Shown here piece by piece: positions 57,528 through 64,000 of a stretch of DNA of 64,000 bases (its first letter is position 1; each line of letters opens with the position of its first letter). This DNA comes from an uncultured Pseudomonadales bacterium (lineage in GTDB: Bacteria > Patescibacteriota > Microgenomatia > UBA1400 > PJMF01), in NCBI GenBank assembly GCA_964607285.1, contig CAZSJW010000006.1:799-64798 (forward strand), written 5' to 3'. The position numbers were made by a program, and so were the translations under genes. The notes beneath the pieces are model-generated. The model was not told the origin of the DNA and ran no database searches. It worked only from the letters and a program-made list of their open reading frames with translations.

Positions 57528-58649
57528 TTGGAAACATACATGAAAAATAACGAAAGACTGTTAAGTACTAGCAAAGAGCCCAAAGACTTTCAACTTACTG
57601 CTTCTATTGCTGACTTGTTGCACGCTGCTTCCGAACTGTACATGCTCACGCTTCACTCAGAACACGAACAACTTCTTGCCAACTCTCAAAAGCAACAACC
57701 ACCCTCAAGAAAAAAATCTCGGGAATCTGAATATGCTGAAAGTTCCTTTGAACTTTTTCTTACAGATATTAATGCTGAGCAAAGGACTAAACGAGGCTTA
57801 TTAAATCATGAGCAAGAGATTTGGCTCTCACAAGTGCGGGAGTTGGGCGAACTGGCAGAACTCATTATGAATGTACAGGGATACGAGGCAGTGACTGAAG
57901 GAGCTTCTCAATTTTTACACATGCTTACTGAAAAAGCAGAGGCAGCAAAAGAGTGCCTAAGTTTGTCGAACACGAGACTAGTCATTTCAGTGGCACGAAA
58001 GTATCAAGACAGAGGACTTCCACTTCTAGATCTAATTCAGGAAGGCAACATAGGATTGCTGAAAGCCGTGAATAAATTTAATTGGCGACGTGACCTAAGG
58101 TTTAGTACGTACGCAACCTGGTGGATTAGACAAGCGGTCCTCAGAAGCATCGAGAATGATAGCAGAACTGTCAGACTCCCAAGTTATGTTTCAAATACAG
58201 TAAACAGAGTACAACACCAGTACTTTGCATTGGCAACCAAAAATGGAGAGTACCCAAGCAACGCTCAAATCGCTGAGGTGTTAGACATCCCTGAAGAGCA
58301 TGTAGCAGAAAGTTGGAGGGTTGGAAGCATGCAACCAAGCAGCCTGAATGCACTGCTCTCTGATTCTGAAGACTCTGAAGAGTCAATAGATCTTGTTGCA
58401 GATGAAGAGACACCTTTTATAGATGTGATTGCCCACAATACAATTTTGGCAGAATTACAGCAAATCTGCAGCACTCTCAATGAAAGAGAAGTCGCAATCA
58501 TCCAAAAGCGAATGATGGGAGAAGAAACACACAAGCAAGTCGGAGCTGAATTTGGCATCAGTAGAGAGAGAATACGACAAATTGAAAAAGCACTAAAAGT
58601 AAAACTAAGAGAACATTTTGAGGGCTTGGGCTTTTCTACAGAAAACTAG
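57528..58649 (+). CDS. RNA polymerase sigma-70 family factor (RpoD-like, regions 1.2-4)
   Basis: Region 2 …ISVARKYQDRGLPLLDLIQEGNIGLLKAVNKFNWRRDLRFSTYATWWIRQAV…, region 3, and the region 4 HTH …VGAEFGISRERIRQIEKALKVKLR…. Confidence 0.9.
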   Translation: METYMKNNERLLSTSKEPKDFQLTASIADLLHAASELYMLTLHSEHEQLLANSQKQQPPSRKKSRESEYAESSFELFLTDINAEQRTKRGLLNHEQEIWLSQVRELGELAELIMNVQGYEAVTEGASQFLHMLTEKAEAAKECLSLSNTRLVISVARKYQDRGLPLLDLIQEGNIGLLKAVNKFNWRRDLRFSTYATWWIRQAVLRSIENDSRTVRLPSYVSNTVNRVQHQYFALATKNGEYPSNAQIAEVLDIPEEHVAESWRVGSMQPSSLNALLSDSEDSEESIDLVADEETPFIDVIAHNTILAELQQICSTLNEREVAIIQKRMMGEETHKQVGAEFGISRERIRQIEKALKVKLREHFEGLGFSTEN

Positions 58650-58738
58650 TTACTCAGTTTATTACACAGTAAAAATTGACTGTTTCGTTATTCCGAGTGG
58701 CGACTATACTACTTGTATAGACACTGCGTAAGGATTTC

Positions 58739-59833
58739 ATGCGGCGTATCATAAACAGACCAAGACTTGTGCTTGCTCTATTTGCTTGCATAGTTTTTTT
58801 CATCACAGTATGGACCACCCTAACATTCTATCAACACAGAACAAGTGCAAAAACCTCTGACTTCCCTCCGTCTGAGGTCTTAGGAGTTGTATCTGCAGCA
58901 GAACCATCCATTCCAGATAACTTATCCACCCTGACAATCCTTTTGCTTGGATATGGTGGTGCAGGACATCAGGGCGGGTTATTAAGCGATGTCATTCAAC
59001 TCATACACATTAATTTTGAAGACAAGTACATCTCGGCAATATCAATTCCCAGGGATATTTGGGTAGAGCTACCGAACGGAACAGCAGGAAAAATAAATGG
59101 AGCATTTTCCATAGGTGGAAGTGGTTCCGAAAGCACAGCAAGTGGTGGAGAGATTGCCATTGCTATGGCCGAGGTCGTGACTGGACTAGACATACAGTAC
59201 TATGCGGCCGTCGATTTTGTAGGATTTGAACGACTAATTGGAGAAACACTAGATGGTATTGAGGTCACGGTAACAGAACCATTTGAGGATCCCTGGTACC
59301 CAATCCGAGGAAAGGAACTTGAACCCTGTGGGTACACCCCTGAAGAAATTGCTGATATTACTAATACGTTCTCAGGTTTTGAACTAGAAAAACAGTTTCC
59401 CTGTCGGTACGAGCATCTTTCATTTCCTCCAGGAAAAACATCAATGGAAGGTGGTGATGCTCTTAAATATGTTCGTTCACGACATGGCTCAAGTGGCGGC
59501 GATTTTTCGAGAAGTCGCCGACAGCATGATCTTTTGCTAGCAGTAAGGGATAAACTTTTTAGCCTAGAAGTTATTCAAAATATTCCTGAATTCTTTCAAA
59601 AAATTACTAAACAGGTTTCTACAAACATGAGTCTTGAGATAGCTCAATATGTTGCTCCAGCACTGCGCACCAGTGACACTTTCACCACCCAAGGGATAGT
59701 ACTAAGTACAGAAAATGTGTTGCAAAATGGCAAATCGAACAGCGGACAATACATTTTACTCCCGAAGCAAGGAGCGAATGACTGGTCTGGAGTACACTCT
59801 TTTGTAAAAGAGAATTTACACACTAATCAATAA
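58739..59833 (+). CDS. LytR-CpsA-Psr (LCP) family protein
   Basis: N-terminal TM; then the LCP core …TILLLGYGGAGHQGGLLSDVIQLIHINF…ISIPRD…ALKYVRSRH…R.RRQ. Confidence 0.8.
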   Translation: MRRIINRPRLVLALFACIVFFITVWTTLTFYQHRTSAKTSDFPPSEVLGVVSAAEPSIPDNLSTLTILLLGYGGAGHQGGLLSDVIQLIHINFEDKYISAISIPRDIWVELPNGTAGKINGAFSIGGSGSESTASGGEIAIAMAEVVTGLDIQYYAAVDFVGFERLIGETLDGIEVTVTEPFEDPWYPIRGKELEPCGYTPEEIADITNTFSGFELEKQFPCRYEHLSFPPGKTSMEGGDALKYVRSRHGSSGGDFSRSRRQHDLLLAVRDKLFSLEVIQNIPEFFQKITKQVSTNMSLEIAQYVAPALRTSDTFTTQGIVLSTENVLQNGKSNSGQYILLPKQGANDWSGVHSFVKENLHTNQ

Positions 59834-59845
59834 CAATACAACACT

Positions 59846-60376
59846 ATGACTTTGCTCATATTTCCTGTAGCTATTTTTTTTGCTTATCTGGCACTATCTG
59901 TTGGCAAAGTATTACTTTCTAGGAGCACTTTACTGCATGGACCTGTGTTCGTCCCGAGCACGCATGCCATGCAACATACCATGTGTAAACTTTCAGCACT
60001 TAAACCAAATCAACTAGCTATTGATCTTGGCTCGGGGGATGGTAGCTTAGTGATTGCATTGGCAAATGCATACCCCAAAAATTCTATAGTGGGTATCGAA
60101 ATAAATCCCCTACTTGTACTGCAAAGTCGCAAAAAAATTCGTGAGGTTGGGCTTGATCATCGCATCAGCATACTTGCGAGCAGCATGTGGAACATAGATC
60201 TGCAAACGTATGATGTGGTTCTCATCTACGGAGCACAACAAATCATGCCGAAACTAGAAAAAAAGGTCCGTGCTGAAATGAAACCTGGTTCAAAAATCGT
60301 TTCTAGCGTATTTACGTTTCCCACCCTTACTCCAACTAGAACTACTGAATGTGTGTATCAGTATGTTCTTCACTGA
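59846..60376 (+). CDS. Class I SAM-dependent methyltransferase (membrane-anchored)
   Basis: N-terminal TM followed by SAM motif I …AIDLGSGDGSLVIALA… and motif II-like …VVLIYGA…. Confidence 0.7.
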   Translation: MTLLIFPVAIFFAYLALSVGKVLLSRSTLLHGPVFVPSTHAMQHTMCKLSALKPNQLAIDLGSGDGSLVIALANAYPKNSIVGIEINPLLVLQSRKKIREVGLDHRISILASSMWNIDLQTYDVVLIYGAQQIMPKLEKKVRAEMKPGSKIVSSVFTFPTLTPTRTTECVYQYVLH

Positions 60377-60747
60377 ATTGATTTGGGTGGAGTCTTGGGT
60401 GGAGTCTTTTGATCATCATTTTTTAGCTCACTGGGGTGCTCAAAGAATCGTTGTAACACTGTGTCGGGATCTCCTCCTAGAGAACGAATAGTTTGTGCAT
60501 TTTTGTCTATGGCAAGCTGAAGTTCCACATCCTGGTCATCAGTCAGCTTTCCGTTCTCCTTCAGTTGCTTACGCGTAAGCAAGGTCATCAGCATCTGCAT
60601 CGTAGCTGCTTCAACTTGCAGTGACTCAGCAAGCGCTCGTCTGGCACGATCAGGCCTAAATACATACTTTACTTGCTCTACCAGCCTTTTTAGAGAGCTC
60701 GAAAAAGTAGTAGGGCGATCTTCTTCATGTAAACCTTCATGTTTCAT
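60370..60747 (-). CDS. Hypothetical 125-aa protein with a C-terminal KTPPKTPPK repeat
   Basis: It lies 40 nt downstream of, and co-oriented with, the radical-SAM gene. It is mostly helical and charged. Confidence 0.4.
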   Translation of the reverse strand: MKHEGLHEEDRPTTFSSSLKRLVEQVKYVFRPDRARRALAESLQVEAATMQMLMTLLTRKQLKENGKLTDDQDVELQLAIDKNAQTIRSLGGDPDTVLQRFFEHPSELKNDDQKTPPKTPPKSIQ

Positions 60748-60786
60748 AGTGTGACTGATACTACCATATTTTTTTACCTGGTGTCA

Positions 60787-62286
60787 TCATGAAATAAAAC
60801 CGTCAGCTCTTAGTTGTGCTAATCCAAGTCGCATGGATATATTGTCTGCACCCATGTCCAGATAAGATTGCACAAGTTGGATTTCCTCTTCTACTAGTTG
60901 CTGAAAATACTTTTTGTATGACTCTGATACTTTTTCGTACTCACCTCCTGAGTCATGAATGATTTTTTTAAGCATACCAACAACTCTCAAAAATGCTCTG
61001 TGTGGGTCTTCTGTCACCACTTTCACTCTAGATGTTTCATGCCCATCTTTGATTGCAGTTATACGTAACCGCGTATTTGGATAAACTTCCCAGGGAAATA
61101 CATTCGCAAAATCATTGGGTTTTTCAGTGTGTTGTGGGATAGTAAAAATTTGAGTTCCATCATCTGTTTTCTCTTCAATTGGAAAGCGAAGTTCTCCCAT
61201 TTGCCGCTCATTTGATGAGGCTTGCATTATCACCCCTTCTAAAGCATCAATCTTAATAAGAACATCATCTCGGCAGTTAGGGCCCAATATGTCCCACTCT
61301 GTTATCTGCATGCTTTCTGCTTCCCATTGCTTGCCTGCTCGGGCAACGTTCTCATGTCTGTTATCAGAAATGTAGACAGTCTCAGAATCAAAAATGTCTG
61401 GACCATATAAAGCAAACACTATCTTTTCTATCGACTCAACTCTTTTTTTATTTGCATTCGTTTTGGAAATCCTAAACTTGTTGTGTTGGTTAATCTCCTT
61501 TCCCTGTAACTTCTTATGAAGCTCATTTATAAAGTTGAGAATTCTCATCTCTTCGCCGATGGGAACAGCTGTTGAAGAATATAAGTACCTAGGCTTACCG
61601 CTAACAATCCCCCAATACGCATTCGCCATATCACAATAATCACGTTCACTGCCATCCGCACTCTGCCACTTTGCATCAAATGGATCTGAACCCCAATACA
61701 AGCAGTCAGAGTATGTGATATTCACTCCTGCAGTAAGTTCTTTATTCTCAGCAAAATACTGGACTACCTGTAAAACAGAATTGAACTGCATCTTTTTTTC
61801 AATCGGACCTTTTTCCGCAAGCGCGCAAAATGAACAACGAACTGTACACGTGCTATTGATTTCAATAATCATGCAAGACTCATTTGCTATGCTTTTCTTC
61901 ACTACTTCAGGTAATCTGCCCCATGATCCTTCTGGTGCTGCAATATCAATTTCAGGAGATACGGCCCGTGAATGAATCACCCTCTCCATTATGGGCGTAA
62001 CTTGAATATCTGAAATCACTCGCCATCCTTTGTGATTTCTTCTAGGTATCAAATCATTAAGTGCTTCAACTGCCTTCAAATATGCATGAGCGGAAATTTC
62101 TCTAGAAAGTAATCTGTTTGTAAGTTTGTCAAAAATGTTTACAGCTATACTCTGATCTTTAGCATGATTAAACAAGTCAGCTCTTACAGTTCTATCTATA
62201 ACCTCCTCAAGCAGCTGCTTATGTGCAAAGCCTGTTTCTGCTGATAGCAGAATGCTAGGTTCGATCAACTGTATGTCGTTTTCCAT
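60787..62286 (-). CDS. Radical-SAM enzyme of unassigned subfamily (about 500 aa: an approximately 140-aa N-terminal extension, the radical-SAM core, and an approximately 100-aa C-terminal extension); no SPASM/twitch Cys clusters
   Basis: Canonical CxxxCxxC with flanking context …IIEINSTCTVRCSFCALAEKG… (Arg before the second Cys, an aromatic before the third), then a GGEP-like SAM-binding motif …ITYSDCLYWGSDPF… about 45 aa later. A GAAGG Shine-Dalgarno 7 nt upstream supports the ATG at 62284-62286 over the ORF-track start at 62343. Confidence 0.75.
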   Translation of the reverse strand: MENDIQLIEPSILLSAETGFAHKQLLEEVIDRTVRADLFNHAKDQSIAVNIFDKLTNRLLSREISAHAYLKAVEALNDLIPRRNHKGWRVISDIQVTPIMERVIHSRAVSPEIDIAAPEGSWGRLPEVVKKSIANESCMIIEINSTCTVRCSFCALAEKGPIEKKMQFNSVLQVVQYFAENKELTAGVNITYSDCLYWGSDPFDAKWQSADGSERDYCDMANAYWGIVSGKPRYLYSSTAVPIGEEMRILNFINELHKKLQGKEINQHNKFRISKTNANKKRVESIEKIVFALYGPDIFDSETVYISDNRHENVARAGKQWEAESMQITEWDILGPNCRDDVLIKIDALEGVIMQASSNERQMGELRFPIEEKTDDGTQIFTIPQHTEKPNDFANVFPWEVYPNTRLRITAIKDGHETSRVKVVTEDPHRAFLRVVGMLKKIIHDSGGEYEKVSESYKKYFQQLVEEEIQLVQSYLDMGADNISMRLGLAQLRADGFIS

Positions 62287-62421
62287 AGTAGACCTTCGAA
62301 TATTCGGCGTACCCTTACATACTGTATGTCTAGCAAAATACACGGATCGGGAGAAGTATTAGAACTGGAATTTAAACAGTAAACTTCAGAGTTTTTTCAA
62401 ACGAACCATACAACCTTTACA

Positions 62422-63689
62422 TTATTTCCCACCAGCATATCGATCACTCAATAACTTGTAAGCAGGTGACCTCATTGCGAACAAAGTAACTAGTAAACCA
62501 ATCATACCCGTCAAACTAAACACCAAAGCGATTCCCCTACCAGTCCCAACTCCATACCAGGCACCAATTAACTCAGCCCCCCTTCCATCAGTCATGAAAG
62601 GGATAAAAATATACTGTGTAATTGGTCCAATCATAAATGCAGTAAGAGGGGCAGCTGCCTGCTCTACACTATGTGCAAAACCAAACACTCTGCCTTGCCG
62701 CTCATGCGGGACTACTTTTTGAATAATTGTTTGCTCTGTGGCCTCAATGAAGGGCATCAAGGTAATCCAAATCATAATTCCAACTACAAGTAACACAATG
62801 GACGGTTGGATTGTAAAGAATATACAAACTGTCCAGGTCATAATATTGATACGAAATAAGTTGCGCACGGGCTTTGTGCCCAAACCTCTTTTAGCTATAA
62901 TCAACCCACCCAGAATAAATCCCATGTTTAGAAAACCCCACAGAAATCCCCACAAATGTACGGAAACAAGCGACAATCCATAGGCATCCATAAGTGCCAT
63001 AAACGCACCCCCTAAAAGTTGTTAAATGTCGTAAAGAATATTAGTGGAAACAATCCAGGTATAGCTCGAATAGCTTTTATTGTGCCCGCATTATCCACCC
63101 TACCTTCTTTTGCAGTATATTCAGTATGCAGAATCTTCTTTTCTTTGAATTGGATCAATTGCAGCGTTGCAATAGCAACCAAGGTTAGCACGACTGCTTT
63201 AACGAGCACCCAAAACATACCTGCAAACGCAAGAGTCACCCCACTTGCTACTGATGTGATTGCAAATGACACACCCATAACTGTGCCAAACAAACCATTC
63301 GCTTTATCATGACTATCCTCGGGCACTAGTACTCTAACTAAAGTAGGTACAGCTATGCCAATGACATTGCCCGCAATAACCCCAACCATCAATACAAATA
63401 CTAATAACCACAAAAGTGGACTGGCTATATTGCTAAAAACGTCTACTGGGGTGATGGAATATAGTGCCAAACCAACACTGAACATCACAAGCGTACATAT
63501 ATTGGCACCCTGTAAAACCAACTTCTGTTTGTTATGGTCAACAATGGATCCTAACCAAAAACCAGAGAGTGCTGTGGCTAGCAAGTAAATTCCTCCAATC
63601 ATAGCAGTGGAGACAACTGACATAGTTTCTAAGTAAATCCAAAAGGTCAGGGCAAACCACACAAACGAGTTCTTGGTACTAACCAGCAA
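62422..63689 (-). pseudogene. MFS transporter split into an N-terminal half (63012..63689) and a C-terminal half (62422..63000) in different frames
   Basis: Each ORF encodes about 6 TM helices; together they make a typical 12-TM MFS. They are separated by a TAG stop followed by a GGGGG run (CCCCC on the + strand at 63003-63007), and the second ORF is in another frame. Confidence 0.5.
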
Positions 63690-64000
63690 GGCATTGGCTT
63701 ATAACTAGTAGAAAGTGTTCATATGAATAAGAAATGGCAAACAGACACGGTGAGAGTGTACCAAAAAAGCAACTATTATGATACTTGGTGAATAGAGTCA
63801 CTACTTGATGATGCACTGTTACCAAAACTTAAGTTTCTGAAAAAAATTAGAAACTGCATGTAGCAGCCACTGCGAACGTGAAAGTTCTTTTGGTGGAACA
63901 ATATCCTCCTCAGATACAGCCACTGGAACAACGCTTGGTGCAACCACTTCCAAAATGTCTGATGCGGTTGCTGTTGGTGATGCTGAGATACTCAGCTGTT

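Noticed and set aside
1-64000. tRNA, rRNA, tmRNA, RNase P and SRP RNA genes
   Set aside because: I scanned intergenic gaps (10452-10691, 15364-15458, 25549-25849, 44367-44704, 48314-48463, 49118-49254, 56823-57124, 63690-64000) for T-arm GTTCRANYC or acceptor-stem-like patterns and conserved ncRNA motifs and found none. This cannot be excluded without covariance-model scans.

Overview
This is a gene-dense, roughly 90% coding 64-kb window from a small-genome bacterium with Gram-positive-type cell-envelope genes (sortase, LCP, RodZ, YtxH/DUF948, MltG, and an alaS-ruvX-mltG synteny as in Firmicutes). The gene content is also compatible with a Patescibacteria/CPR-like lineage: fermentative flavodoxin-2-oxoacid:ferredoxin oxidoreductase-ADP-forming acetyl-CoA synthetase genes, a short AlaRS without the C-Ala domain, and many orphan proteins. 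I cannot resolve the lineage without database searches. The window opens with the conserved rpoB-rpoC-(orphan)-rpsL-rpsG-fusA block on the minus strand. It continues with cell-wall and division genes, translation genes, metal homeostasis (COG0523 GTPase, Nramp, Fur, P-type ATPase), redox genes (DsbA, MsrA), several regulators (BlaI/BlaR1-like, Crp, sigma-70) and a large Asp-box/LamG-like surface protein. The most interesting candidates for undescribed biology are: (i) a compact SET-domain methyltransferase plus two tandem Ddl-like ATP-grasp ligases, one of them frameshifted; (ii) a 500-aa radical-SAM enzyme with long N- and C-terminal extensions, co-oriented with a small orphan protein and next to a split MFS transporter; (iii) a stand-alone Cas4/AddB-like Fe-S PD-(D/E)xK nuclease among small membrane proteins, with no CRISPR array; (iv) two large AT-richer orphan proteins, a 1189-aa protein with a GHSMGG alpha/beta-hydrolase core and a 639-aa protein with short ITxDDL-type repeats; (v) an AT-rich (about 31% GC) orphan gene inserted between rpoC and rpsL; (vi) an approximately 105-residue poly-acidic C-terminal tail on RpoB. 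I found no rRNA, tRNA, CRISPR array or obvious transposase by eye.
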